Assembly: GCA_965198225.1 (NCBI GenBank) | Contig: CBDAOY010000008.1 | Coordinates: 672,001 to 736,000 of the forward strand | DNA: 64,000 nt | Origin: Terriglobia bacterium | GTDB lineage: Bacteria > Acidobacteriota > Terriglobia > 20CM-2-55-15 | Reading direction: 5' to 3' | In this document: one piece after another, positions 33,165 through 43,006 of the stretch | How the letters are laid out: the number at the start of each line of letters is the position of its first letter | Numbering within the stretch: the stretch's first letter is position 1 | Translations under genes and position numbers: made by a program | The notes under the pieces: generated by a model | What the model saw: only the letters and a program-made list of their open reading frames with translations | What the model was told of the DNA's origin: nothing | Database searches by the model: none

Positions 33165-33338
33165 ATGGATACTGAAGTCGCCCGAGAATTAAGGAAAGTC
33201 GCCGCCTCGCTGGCGGTCATCGAGGACCGACTGGCTTGGATCGAAGCCGAGCGCCGGAAGGAAACCGAGACCCGAACGGAATTCCCGCCGATGCCGTTCC
33301 CGGGTTTCGACCTGCCGCAATCCTCGCTCCCCATTTAG
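33165..33338 (+). CDS. Small hypothetical protein
   Basis: AGGAG RBS then MDTEVARELRK; 57 aa. Confidence 0.45.
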   Translation: MDTEVARELRKVAASLAVIEDRLAWIEAERRKETETRTEFPPMPFPGFDLPQSSLPI

Positions 33339-33421
33339 CTGCCGTCGGAGGCGCCCCGGGTGTCAGCCCGACGCCGTCGCCGGGCGTGGCGGGTCAGATT
33401 TCTGTCGCGGCCCAGAGGGCG

Positions 33422-34606
33422 CTAACGCGGAACCGGCTTGTCGAGTGAATCCCACCCATAAGCCCGCGCCACGCGATCTGTCAGTTCTTCGAGTATGATC
33501 CCCCCGCGATCGCCGTTGGTCATGATCGCGACTCCATATCCCTTCACTTTGTGGGCCAGCAAGGTTGCGCGGAACCCCCAGTTCGATCCCCCGTGGCCGA
33601 AGTACCAGCCCTCCCCGAGCTTCGAAATCCGAAACCCGACCCCGTAGTCTCCGACTCCTACCGGGTTGACCATCTCCTGGACCGTCGTCCGGGACAAGAT
33701 CTTGTTCGACCTATTTCTGAGTGACTCCTGGACCTCGATGGCGAACTTTGCCAGATCCGTTGGGGTGGTCCACAGGCCGGCAGCGGCCAGTTCCGGGTAG
33801 ACGTGCCACTTCCCATCCCTGGCCCGTCCCCGCCTGTCGTGGGCCCGGGCAGCATTACGGTCACGCTCCCGACCGAGGGGCTGTTCGTAGGCGCTCCGGG
33901 TCATGCCGATCGGCCCGAGCACCCACTGCTGGAGCAGCTCCGGAAAGGGTCTTCCCAGCGCGTCAGTGAGGGCCAGCTCCATCATCGTGACGCCACCGCC
34001 CGAATATTTGAACGTGGTCAGCGGTGGACGCTCCAGAAAGACCCGACCGACGTTGGACGGGGGGGTCCCGTTCAGAATCTGGACGACGCTCGGCCTGGGG
34101 CTGTCGGGATGGTATCCCGGGAAGCCGAACCCGTCGCCTGTGCCGGACGTGTGGCTGGTGAGGGTGCGGGGAGTGACGGGCTGATCCCGCGTGAACCGGC
34201 TCTCGGGCAGCTCCCAGGAGGTGAGAATCGTGTTGATGTCATCGTCGAGCGAGAACCTGCCGTCCTGGACAGCCTTGAGGACAGCCATCGCGGCCACCGC
34301 TTTGCTGATCGATGCGGCCTGGAACAGGGTCTCGGTGTCCACACGGGCTCCTGTTCTAACATCCGCGACGCCGTAAGCTTTGGCCCAGTGGATCTTGAAG
34401 TCGTGGATGACGGCGATGCTGACGCCGGGCACCCCCGCAATTGTCATGATTTCGTCGAGTGTGTAGGGATCGAGTCCCTGTCGGTTTGGCGTCTGGGAGC
34501 TCTCGATCGTCCCGATGATGTCGGCGACCGGATCCTGCGAGCGGGCTGCGATCACGAAGCCCAACGTCAGCAGCAACGCGCTCGTGAGAGCGCGGCAACT
34601 CGTCAT
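33422..34606 (-). CDS. Serine hydrolase, class C beta-lactamase-like
   Basis: Signal peptide; FQAASISK (SxxK), YSG, HGG. Confidence 0.92.
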   Translation of the reverse strand: MTSCRALTSALLLTLGFVIAARSQDPVADIIGTIESSQTPNRQGLDPYTLDEIMTIAGVPGVSIAVIHDFKIHWAKAYGVADVRTGARVDTETLFQAASISKAVAAMAVLKAVQDGRFSLDDDINTILTSWELPESRFTRDQPVTPRTLTSHTSGTGDGFGFPGYHPDSPRPSVVQILNGTPPSNVGRVFLERPPLTTFKYSGGGVTMMELALTDALGRPFPELLQQWVLGPIGMTRSAYEQPLGRERDRNAARAHDRRGRARDGKWHVYPELAAAGLWTTPTDLAKFAIEVQESLRNRSNKILSRTTVQEMVNPVGVGDYGVGFRISKLGEGWYFGHGGSNWGFRATLLAHKVKGYGVAIMTNGDRGGIILEELTDRVARAYGWDSLDKPVPR

Positions 34607-34704
34607 TTGGCACCCTCCTCGAGGCCCGCATGTTAGTGGTGGCCACCAGCGGAGTCAATGCCACCTGGTTGAACCAGGCAACAAAAAAGCAGAGAATTGG
34701 ACGC

Positions 34705-35418
34705 ATGGTTGTTCCAAGGCCACTGGGCGCCCTCCTACTCGTCGCAGCACTGGCGGTTCCTTCGGAGGGGCAGGACAGCGGGAACGCTCCGGCGTGGAGC
34801 AAGAAGGACGCGGAAAAGATCGTACGGAACAGCCTGGGTGAGGAGCAGAAAGGGGTATTCGGATTCTCTCTTCTCGCCGTCGGCGGAAAAGCCATCCTGG
34901 CTCGATGGATCACCGAACCCACCGCAAGAGCGCTGGATCGGCTCTCCGAGTTGGATGAGCGAGGACGGGTTCCGCGCGTCGAGGGCCTCTACCGTCCCGA
35001 CTATTACACGATCGCCTTCTCGCTCGCCGACCTCATCCGTAGTGAGAGTCTCTTGCCGGGGCTCGATATCCCGGACTTCGCAGCCGGCGACCTGATTGGC
35101 GACACCGAGATTCCGGATTTCAAGGCCGATGGGTTCGGCAGCGACGCGGACATTCCGATCGTTCTCCAACCAAAGGACGCCAGCTCTCGCGCGGCGCGCC
35201 TGGCCGGCGTGCGAATGGTGCCGGCGCGATCGGTTGGTTTCATCCGGACCCAACCCATGTTGCTGCGGTTTGAGAAAGCCGACGCGGCCGGGCATCCCCT
35301 CGTGGCATCGCTCGACCAGGAGATCGATCTCGTCATCCGTCTCGGCGACACAGGCCGGGCAATTCGGGTCCGGTTCAAACTGAAAGACCTCCCCGTCAAG
35401 AGTCACTCGGAACTCTAG
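34705..35418 (+). CDS. Hypothetical exported protein
   Basis: Signal-peptide-like N-terminus; no recognised family. Confidence 0.6.
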   Translation: MVVPRPLGALLLVAALAVPSEGQDSGNAPAWSKKDAEKIVRNSLGEEQKGVFGFSLLAVGGKAILARWITEPTARALDRLSELDERGRVPRVEGLYRPDYYTIAFSLADLIRSESLLPGLDIPDFAAGDLIGDTEIPDFKADGFGSDADIPIVLQPKDASSRAARLAGVRMVPARSVGFIRTQPMLLRFEKADAAGHPLVASLDQEIDLVIRLGDTGRAIRVRFKLKDLPVKSHSEL

Positions 35419-35439
35419 CCCTAAGAAGTCTTCACATCT

Positions 35440-35859
35440 ATGCGCATTCTGTTGGTTTGTCTGGGAAACATCTGCCGCAGCCCGATGGCGGGCGGGATTC
35501 TCGCCTCGCGTGCCGTGCAGTCAGGTTTGGAGCTGGAGGTCCGGACGGCCGGCCTCTACGCGCAGACGGGGCTCGGCTTGAGCGAACACGCCGTGAGTGC
35601 GATGCGAGAGATCGACATCGACATCTCCCGGGACCATCCTCGGCAGTTGGACAGGGAGTTGGTGGCCTGGGCCGATCTCATCGTCCCTATGGAGCGGGCT
35701 CAGGGCAGCGCCATCGAAGTCCTTTTCGCCGGAGCCGCTCCGAAACTGCGTGCCCTGGCCACCGACATCGACGACCCGTACGGATCGGACCTGACCACCT
35801 ATCGAGAATGCCGCGACCGGATCGCCGACCAATTGGAAAGTCTGATCTCCAGCCTTTAG
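35440..35859 (+). CDS. Low-molecular-weight protein Tyr/Arg phosphatase
   Basis: VCLGNICRSPMA, DDPYG. Confidence 0.93.
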   Translation: MRILLVCLGNICRSPMAGGILASRAVQSGLELEVRTAGLYAQTGLGLSEHAVSAMREIDIDISRDHPRQLDRELVAWADLIVPMERAQGSAIEVLFAGAAPKLRALATDIDDPYGSDLTTYRECRDRIADQLESLISSL

Positions 35860-35919
35860 CTGGGCGGGGGTGAACGACTAAAGATGCTGACAGCTGAAAG
35901 CAGATGGCTGACAGCTAAG

Positions 35920-35993
<74 letters not shown>

Positions 35994-36076
35994 AAAAGAA
36001 TTTGTTTACTACGTTAGGTCCTTGTTTCGCAAACGCAATGATGTTTTCGGCGTGGTTGGGAGCAACAAATAGCGGG

Positions 36077-36192
36077 CTAGGAGTCTGCGCGGTAGAACGA
36101 TTTTGGGTCATTGTGACCACAGCATAGTGTGTGTGCGCAGCACTTAGCATCGACATGTAGTACCGGGTTTCTTCTGCCGCGCAGACTCCTAG
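36077..36192. mobile_element. Small MITE with CTAG flanks (IS1182-like ends)
   Basis: CTAG-GAGTCTGCGCGGTAGAA...TTCTGCCGCGCAGACTC-CTAG; 17-bp TIR with 1 mismatch. Confidence 0.75.
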
Positions 36193-36216
36193 TGACCTGT
36201 AACAGTGCCACTGGTC

Positions 36217-36792
36217 CTACAATATCCGAAGCAGGCGCTTGGATTCTTCCAGTAGCCGGTCCAGGTCCATTGGTTTTGCCATAAAGCAGTCGGCGCCGGC
36301 CTGGAGTATCCGGGGTTCGACTTCGGGTTGACCGCTCATTGCGATGATCGCTGTCCTGCTCCGAGGGTCCTCCTTGATCCGACGGCACACTTCGAGTCCG
36401 TCCACTCCGGGAATCAGGATGTCGAGTACGAGCAGGTCGGGATGCCAACGTCCGATGTCGATCAGGGCACTTATTCCGTCCGAGGCAGAGGTGACCTCGT
36501 AGACGCCCTGCCGCTCAAAGAAGCTCTTGAGAATCTTGACGATATCGTCCTCATCCTCGACGATCAGTACCTTGAATTTTTCCTCTGTCAGCGCCGGCGG
36601 GACGGGAATCTGGTGTTTCCGCAGGAAAGCGAGCAGATCCTCGCGCCCGATGCGTCGATGTCCCCCCGGGGTGCGGTAGGATATCAGCAGATCCTGTTCG
36701 ATCCAGTTGATGACCGAACGCGGGTTAACCTGCAGGAGCTTACTGACTTCGTGGGTCGTAAAAACGCTCTTTACTTCAGTACTGGATGCCAT
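36217..36792 (-). CDS. Response regulator with N-terminal excisionase/MerR-like HTH
   Basis: FTTHEVSKLL..RTPGGHRRI plus REC (IVEDE, LDILIP, KP). Confidence 0.9.
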   Translation of the reverse strand: MASSTEVKSVFTTHEVSKLLQVNPRSVINWIEQDLLISYRTPGGHRRIGREDLLAFLRKHQIPVPPALTEEKFKVLIVEDEDDIVKILKSFFERQGVYEVTSASDGISALIDIGRWHPDLLVLDILIPGVDGLEVCRRIKEDPRSRTAIIAMSGQPEVEPRILQAGADCFMAKPMDLDRLLEESKRLLRIL

Positions 36793-37026
36793 CCACGGGC
36801 TCCTCTTAGTGGCAATCGTCTCAAAGGGGGCTACTTATTCGCTTGCCGAAATGGCTGGCGCCAGCCACCAGCTTAAAGTGACGTCGTGCACTCCACAAGG
36901 GAGACGTTCCCTCGAGCTGGCTCGGCCTCACGGCCCTCCAGTCAACTTCGGGATTTCGACCGTTCCCTTCACTGTACACAGTCACTGTGATGGCGAGCGT
37001 CTATACCGTAACATAATGACTTTGCA

Positions 37027-37527
37027 ATGGAAAACGCTATCCGGAATTGGGTCGAAACCGACTTGGACCTCATCGTCGCGGCCTGGCTGACTTCGCTTCA
37101 GGATCTGGCTCGGGGAGATCTGGAACTCCGCCAGGACCCGGACCGGCCGCTCCGGCGATGGCTGCTCGAACGGCTGAAACAACCCGAAGCGTTCGGTCTT
37201 GTGGCTGAGACGGGGGGTGATCTCGCCGGCTTCCTGCTGGGCCGAATCACAATCTGGGAGTCGGATCCACCGATACTGGTTCCGCGGAGCACGGGTGTCA
37301 TCGACATGGTGTACGTCGCCGAGCCCGCCCGTAGGCGGGGCGTTGGCTCCCAACTCGTCGAGGAGGCGCTCGCGTATGCGGCTCGGCGGGGTGTCTCAGT
37401 AGTCGAGACCACCTACGAAACAGGTAACCCTGATGCGGCAGGGATGTGGAAGAAGCTCGGGTTCAGGCCCTGGATCGAGAAGGTTTACCGCACGACCAAA
37501 GCCTCGCCCCGAAGAGCGGGCTTCTAG
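37027..37527 (+). CDS. GNAT N-acetyltransferase
   Basis: VYVAEPARRRGVGSQL, N..A..MWKKLGF. Confidence 0.88.
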   Translation: MENAIRNWVETDLDLIVAAWLTSLQDLARGDLELRQDPDRPLRRWLLERLKQPEAFGLVAETGGDLAGFLLGRITIWESDPPILVPRSTGVIDMVYVAEPARRRGVGSQLVEEALAYAARRGVSVVETTYETGNPDAAGMWKKLGFRPWIEKVYRTTKASPRRAGF

Positions 37528-37846
37528 CCCCGCCTGACCGATCGGGATTGCACGGACAAATCGAGCCACGGACAGCACTGTTACAGGTCACTAGGAGTGG
37601 TCTTTCGGACGGCAGACCACAGGCTTCTTCCGATCGGTGCAATCTGTGTAATCCGTGGCTTTCATATGCGGGTAGTCAGCGGCTTACGGGTCATCCAGGC
37701 ACTGGATTGCACGGACAAATATAAAACCATCCAGTCCATCATGGTTGGCCTTGCCCGATTCACCGTGATCCTCTAAACTATACAGTTTTCTTTTGCGGTG
37801 AACCCCCGCATGCCGCCTTCCTGGAACGATATCTGGAGTACGACGC

Positions 37847-38644
37847 GTGAAAATAATCAGCTGCATGAGGCCGGTTCCGGACCCGGCCTCCCGCCTCGTT
37901 ATCAACGAAGACAAGAAGTGGATCAAGGATCAGGAGCTGACCTTCGTCGCCAGCGAAGCCGACAACTACGCGCTGGAAGAAGCGTTGCGGCTGAAGGAGA
38001 AACATTCAGGTGAGGTCGTCGTCCTGTCCATCGGCGGCGACCACGCGGCCAGAGTTTTGCGTTCCGGCCTTGCCATGGGAGCGGACCGCGCCATCCACCT
38101 GTCGGACGACCAGTTCGGCGGCTCCGACGAATTCGCGACCGCCCGGATCATCGCGAAGGCCGTCGAGAAAGACGGTGATGCCGACATGCTGCTGACCGGC
38201 GTGCAGTCCGATGACCTCGGGACGGGGACGACCGGGATCATGGTTGCCGAGCTGCTGGGCTGGGCTCACGCGACTGTCGTAATCGCGGTCGAGGCCGACC
38301 CCGATGGCGCCTCGGTAAAAGCCCGTCGCGAGTTGGAAGGTGGGGTGAACGAGACGGTGGAGCTGCCGACGCCCTGTGTTCTGACTGTCCAGTTCGGCAT
38401 CAACCAGCCCCGCTACGCATCATTGAAGGGGATCATGGCCGCCAAGAAGAAGGAAATGAAGACCTGGTCGGGGGCCGACATCGGGCTCTCGGCTGATTTG
38501 GTCGGACGCGCCGGAGCCCTCTACGAGATCGGCGAGGTGTTCGTCCCGGCGAGGAAGAGCCAGGTCGAGATGATCGCCGGCACCCCGGGAGAGGCGGCGG
38601 GCAAACTGGTGGAGAAACTCCGGAAGGAAGCAAAGGTACTTTGA
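37847..38644 (+). CDS. etfB: Electron transfer flavoprotein beta subunit
   Basis: YALEEALRLKE, LAMGAD, RELEGG, PRYASLKGIMAAKKK. Confidence 0.95.
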   Translation: MKIISCMRPVPDPASRLVINEDKKWIKDQELTFVASEADNYALEEALRLKEKHSGEVVVLSIGGDHAARVLRSGLAMGADRAIHLSDDQFGGSDEFATARIIAKAVEKDGDADMLLTGVQSDDLGTGTTGIMVAELLGWAHATVVIAVEADPDGASVKARRELEGGVNETVELPTPCVLTVQFGINQPRYASLKGIMAAKKKEMKTWSGADIGLSADLVGRAGALYEIGEVFVPARKSQVEMIAGTPGEAAGKLVEKLRKEAKVL

Positions 38645-38748
38645 CCGATCGATCTCAAGATCGATCGGTCTGTCAGCGATCAGCGATCAGCTGCTTCGGA
38701 GGCGGGACAATAGTCAAATCCGACTGAGCTGACAGCTTTGATCGCTGA
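38644..38748. repeat. Hairpin plus inverted heptamer arrays in the etfB-etfA spacer
   Basis: GACCGATCGATC..GATCGATCGGTC, then TCAGCGA repeats and inverse GCTGACA/TCGCTGA units. Confidence 0.55.
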
Positions 38749-38769
38749 ATGCCGTATTAAGAGGTTGAA

Positions 38770-39747
38770 ATGATACTCGTCATTGCGGAACACGAGGACG
38801 ACAGGTTCAAACCGATCACGAACGAGCTGACGGTGTTTGCCCAGAGGCTGGGGCGGGACCTCGAAAAGCCCGTCGCGGCGGTCGTGCTGGGCGCCAACGT
38901 CGGCGCTCTCGCCGACGAACTGAAGGACCGGCACCTCGACCGCGTGATTCAGATCGAAGACCCTAAGCTGGCCGACTACAGCCCGGATGGCTATGTTGCC
39001 GCGCTCAGGCAGCTGATCGAGCGGGAAAAACCACTCCTCGTGCTCGCCGGTCACACGACCATCGGGTACGACTACACGCCGCGACTGGCGGCGGGAGTCG
39101 GTCGTCCCCTCATCGCCGGCTGTGTCGACTACGAGATTCAGGGTGAGGCGCTTCTGCTCACCCGACCGGTTTTCAATGCCAAGATGAACATGCGCGTGTC
39201 CCTGCGTGGCGAGCCGCCTTACTTTGCGACGGGAGCCCCGGGAGCCTATCCCGGCGACGAGGTCGAGCTGGGCGGCAGCCCGGCGCTGGAGACGTTCTCC
39301 GCAGATCTCTCAGGAGTCGAGATTCGGCGCCGGGTGGTCGAAAGAGTAGCCGCCGAGAAGGGGCAGGTCGATCTCAGCTCCGCCGACATCATCGTCTCCG
39401 GGGGGCGGGGTTTGAAGAAAAAGGAGAACTTCAGCGTGGTTTCCGATCTCGCCGAAGCGCTCGGAGGGGCCGTCGGCGCCTCCCGGCCCGTCGTCGACGC
39501 CGAATGGCTGCCGCGGGAGTACCAGATCGGTAGTTCCGGACAGACGGTCTCGCCGAAGCTCTACTTCGCGATCGGGATATCGGGAGCCATTCAGCACTTG
39601 GTCGGCATGCAGAGTTCTCGTTGCATCGTCGCCATCAACAAGGACGCTGACGCCCCTATCTTCAAGGTGGCCCATTACGGGATCGTCGACGATCTCTTCA
39701 AGGTCGTGCCGGAAATCACGAAGATCGTCAAGGAATTGAACACATGA
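38770..39747 (+). CDS. etfA: Electron transfer flavoprotein alpha subunit
   Basis: VSGGRG, GASRPVVD, QIGSSG, GISGAIQHLVGM. Confidence 0.96.
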   Translation: MILVIAEHEDDRFKPITNELTVFAQRLGRDLEKPVAAVVLGANVGALADELKDRHLDRVIQIEDPKLADYSPDGYVAALRQLIEREKPLLVLAGHTTIGYDYTPRLAAGVGRPLIAGCVDYEIQGEALLLTRPVFNAKMNMRVSLRGEPPYFATGAPGAYPGDEVELGGSPALETFSADLSGVEIRRRVVERVAAEKGQVDLSSADIIVSGGRGLKKKENFSVVSDLAEALGGAVGASRPVVDAEWLPREYQIGSSGQTVSPKLYFAIGISGAIQHLVGMQSSRCIVAINKDADAPIFKVAHYGIVDDLFKVVPEITKIVKELNT

Positions 39748-39875
39748 GGGTTAACCCCCGCGTCTTTGGTGTTTGACTCCGCAGACCGCTTCGCATATAG
39801 TGGCCCGGCTGGCAGCGTCCCGCTGTCTTGCACGGAATCAGATTGCGGATCGATTCACAGGAAGAGGAGGAAGAT

Positions 39876-40298
39876 ATGCGGAAAGCGTCGTTAGTGATCG
39901 GGCTGAGTTTGATCCTGGCCTTGGTCCTAAACGTCATGGCCATCCAGCGGATGCATCCGGACATCATGAAGGACATCGGCTCCACGAGGGGAAGCCTGCA
40001 GCGGAACATCGAGGCCGGCGAAGGTGACGCGGCAGCGATGGATGCCGAGAAGCTCGAAGGGTTCTTCAAGGAAGTCGTCCCGATGTATGAACGGATGGGG
40101 AATATGGACTCGGCAGTCGAGATGGCCAACAAGGCGGCGGCGGCATCGGCCGAAGCAGCGATGGCAGCCAAGGCCGGCGACATGGAGAAGGCCATGGCGG
40201 CTCACGGAAACATCGTCGGAGCTTGCCGCGGATGTCACGGCCAGTATCGCGAGAAGGCCCCCGACGGATCATATCGAATTAAGAGACCCGGAGGCTAG
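39876..40298 (+). CDS. Periplasmic class II cytochrome c (cytochrome c'-like)
   Basis: Signal peptide, helical Ala-rich body, C-terminal CRGCH. Confidence 0.85.
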   Translation: MRKASLVIGLSLILALVLNVMAIQRMHPDIMKDIGSTRGSLQRNIEAGEGDAAAMDAEKLEGFFKEVVPMYERMGNMDSAVEMANKAAAASAEAAMAAKAGDMEKAMAAHGNIVGACRGCHGQYREKAPDGSYRIKRPGG

Positions 40299-40411
40299 AA
40301 CAGGTCAGTTTCTGCAGAAAAGAGGAGGTCCAGCTATCCCTCTTTCTGTTAGTGTTCAGACAGCTCGTTGCGGGTTGGGACACCCGTCAGCAATAGAGCA
40401 CGTATTTTGTT

Positions 40412-40441
40412 TTGACATTGTTGTGGCAAAACGAGTAATCT
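40412..40441 (+). promoter_or_regulatory. Sigma70-type promoter
   Basis: TTGACA-18 bp-TAATCT. Confidence 0.6.
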
Positions 40442-40446
40442 TTCAG

Positions 40447-40522
40447 CCGTGAGTGGTGTCTATAATTAGATTTCCTCCACCATCCCACTCTCCCCGCGGC
40501 CGAGCCGCGGGGATTTTTTTTT
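40447..40522 (+). ncRNA. Candidate small RNA or attenuated leader
   Basis: Lies between the promoter and a strong terminator; GAGTGG/CCACTC stem enclosing TTCCTCC; no ORF. Confidence 0.45.
40491..40522 (+). terminator. Rho-independent terminator
   Basis: TCCCCGCGGC-CGA-GCCGCGGGGA followed by T9. Confidence 0.85.
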
Positions 40523-40534
40523 GAGAATGAGCCT

Positions 40535-41533
40535 GTGATTCAAATACTCCTTCTCTCCTCCCTCCTGTTTGCAGACGGATTCCTTCACGAAGATGCGGAA
40601 GCAGACCGCCTGGTTCGCCAGACGATGTCGGCGTCATATCATCTCCGGCTCGACGAAGCCCGGGACGATGCGCGCCGACTGCAGCAGCGATACCCCGGAC
40701 ATCCCGTCGGTTTCACACTAATGGCCGAGACATACTGGTGGGAGGCTCAAGCCGACCCCGGCAATGAGACGATCGAAGACGCATACTATGAGGCCCAGGC
40801 AGAGGCGTTGGCGAAAGCTGAAGCCGCATTGGACGGGGAAGTCCATCCACGTACCGAGATCCTCTCCTTCCTGGCCTCGACCGAGGGAAGTCTGGCGCGC
40901 TTCGAAGTGACGCAGAAGCAGGCGTGGTTCAGTGCCGTCCGGGCTGGTCTGCGCGCTCACCGGTACGCGCGCGACGCGTACGAACTCGACGAGAGCCTCT
41001 ACGATGTGTACCTGGGCCTGGGAGCGTTCAACTTCTTCAGCGGATCTCTGCCCGCCGTCCTGCAACCTTTCGCCTTCGTGATCGGTGCCAGTGGAGACAA
41101 GGAACTGGGCCTGGAGCAGCTGCGACTTGCCCGGGACCAGTCGCGCTATGCGAGGACCGAGGCGCGGATCGTTTCCTACACCGCGCTGCTGGAGGACGGT
41201 CAGTATGCGGCTGCGTTCGAGATGCTGGAAGGCATGCGTTCAGACTACCCGGCCAACCACGTCTTCTTCGTCTGGGCCACCGACTGGTTCCTGCGACAAG
41301 GCCGCGGGTCGGGGGCGTTGGACTACCTCGAACGAATCTGGAGAGAGGATCGCGAGAGCCTGCCGGCAACGGCCCAGTTCGCACTGATCGAGAAGGCTCG
41401 CGTGCAGACTTTGATGAGCCGCGGCGCCGACGCGCTGGCCACGATCGAACGGATCCGCGAGCTCCCGGTGGAGGATCCGCTGCTGGCGAAGAAGATCGTT
41501 CTGGTGGAGACTCAGGCGAGGAATCAGCAGTAA
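40535..41533 (+). CDS. Exported TPR-like alpha-helical protein
   Basis: Signal peptide; YDVYLGLGAFN, GDKELGLEQL. Confidence 0.75.
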   Translation: MIQILLLSSLLFADGFLHEDAEADRLVRQTMSASYHLRLDEARDDARRLQQRYPGHPVGFTLMAETYWWEAQADPGNETIEDAYYEAQAEALAKAEAALDGEVHPRTEILSFLASTEGSLARFEVTQKQAWFSAVRAGLRAHRYARDAYELDESLYDVYLGLGAFNFFSGSLPAVLQPFAFVIGASGDKELGLEQLRLARDQSRYARTEARIVSYTALLEDGQYAAAFEMLEGMRSDYPANHVFFVWATDWFLRQGRGSGALDYLERIWREDRESLPATAQFALIEKARVQTLMSRGADALATIERIRELPVEDPLLAKKIVLVETQARNQQ

Positions 41534-41779
41534 GACCGTAGTCCGTAGGCCGTTGTCCGTTGTGCGCGGTCGCCGACACTTCTGCTTAGTGAAGACCCGG
41601 TAGTCCGTTGAAGCCTTCCCTGACTTTTCTGTTTAGTGAAGACCCGGGGACAGGGCAAGCCCTGTCCCCCTCACAGTGGCTCTCTTTCGGGTCATTCCGC
41701 GTAACGAAAGAAAGGCCGGCGGTCATCGAACGCCGCTCCGAAAACAACTGACTACCGGCAACTGACTACTGACTACTTC

Positions 41780-43006
41780 CTAAATAACTCCCATCCGCCG
41801 TCCCACCTTTTCGAATGCCCCCAAAGCCCGGTCCATATCCTCTCGACCGAGGGCCGCGTGGTCTCCCGAAATCTGGGCCCGGAGGCGAGCTTCTCCGAGC
41901 GGTACGACCGGATACCAGAGTCCTTTGATGTAAACCCCTTCTTCGAGCAACGCGGCGCTCATTTCCATAGCAACCGAGGCCTCACCGAGCATGATGGGCA
42001 CGATCGGGTGCGCCCCTTCGATGATCTCGAAGCCGAGTGCCTGAATCTGGCGGCGGAAATAGTCCGTGTTGTCGTGAAGCTGCTGGATAAGCGCGTTGTC
42101 CTTCATCAGAACGTCGAGGGCTTCGATCGCTGCCAGGACGATCGAAGGCGGCAGGGAATTCGAAAAGGTGTAGGGGCGGGATTTCTGCCTCAGGAAATCG
42201 ATCATCCGGGCTTCTCCGGCCACGTAGCCCCCGGCCGCGCCTCCCAGAGCCTTTCCGAGGGTGCCGCTGAGGACTTCCACCTGGCCGAGGACGCCCTGCG
42301 CCTCCGGAGTGCCTCTTCCGGTTTCGCCGACGACTCCGACGCCATGCGAGTCGTCGATGAAGAGCACGTGGCCGAACTCTCGGGAGAGTTCGATCAACTC
42401 CGGTACGGGAGCCAGATCACCTTCCATGCTGAACACCCCGTCGGACGCCACAAACCCAAAGCGGTAGGAGATTTCGCGTGAATCGGTTTCCAGCATCTGT
42501 CGGAGATTCGCGGTGTCGACGTGCTCGTAGATCTTCCTGTGAACCACTTCAGCCCGGCAGAGACGGGTTCCGTCGATGATGCTGGCGTGGTTGAGACGGT
42601 CGCTGTAGATCACGTCACGATACAGCTCCAGTCCCATTCTCTCGTTGATTATGGCAGCGAAGAAACCTTCGTTCGCCGCGTAGCAGGAAGAGAACAGAAT
42701 GCTGTCTTCGGTGCCGAGAAACTCTGCCAGTTTCTCCTCCAGCCGGCGATGAATCGTCAGAGTGCCGCAGATGAAGCGGACCGACGAAACACCGTACCCG
42801 TAGTCCCGTATGCCTCGGATAGCCGCTTCCCGGATTCGGGGATCCGATGCGAGGCCCAGGTAGTTGTTCGATGCAAGCATGACCACATCGCGGTCCCCGA
42901 CGCGGACAATGGCCCCCTGCTCGGAATCGATCAGCGTTTCGTCCTTGTACGTCTTGGTTTCTTCCAGACGGTTCAGTTCGTCGGCGATCGCATCATGGAG
43001 GTTCAT
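41780..43006 (-). CDS. kbl: Glycine C-acetyltransferase (2-amino-3-ketobutyrate CoA ligase)
   Basis: SNNYLGL, SVRFICGT, NHASIIDG, GTLGKALGG, ARLRAQ. Confidence 0.95.
   Translation of the reverse strand: MNLHDAIADELNRLEETKTYKDETLIDSEQGAIVRVGDRDVVMLASNNYLGLASDPRIREAAIRGIRDYGYGVSSVRFICGTLTIHRRLEEKLAEFLGTEDSILFSSCYAANEGFFAAIINERMGLELYRDVIYSDRLNHASIIDGTRLCRAEVVHRKIYEHVDTANLRQMLETDSREISYRFGFVASDGVFSMEGDLAPVPELIELSREFGHVLFIDDSHGVGVVGETGRGTPEAQGVLGQVEVLSGTLGKALGGAAGGYVAGEARMIDFLRQKSRPYTFSNSLPPSIVLAAIEALDVLMKDNALIQQLHDNTDYFRRQIQALGFEIIEGAHPIVPIMLGEASVAMEMSAALLEEGVYIKGLWYPVVPLGEARLRAQISGDHAALGREDMDRALGAFEKVGRRMGVI

Noticed and set aside
33422-34606. Antibiotic-resistance beta-lactamase
   Set aside because: YSG and HGG rather than YxN and KTG; generic serine hydrolase
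37544-37721. 17-bp direct repeat GGATTGCACGGACAAAT as an att site or CRISPR
   Set aside because: Two copies only; looks like decayed REP-like sequence; no integrase or cas genes
41580-41669. 21-bp direct repeat with 47-bp period as a mini-CRISPR
   Set aside because: Only two imperfect copies, no leader or cas genes; adjacent to a REP-like hairpin
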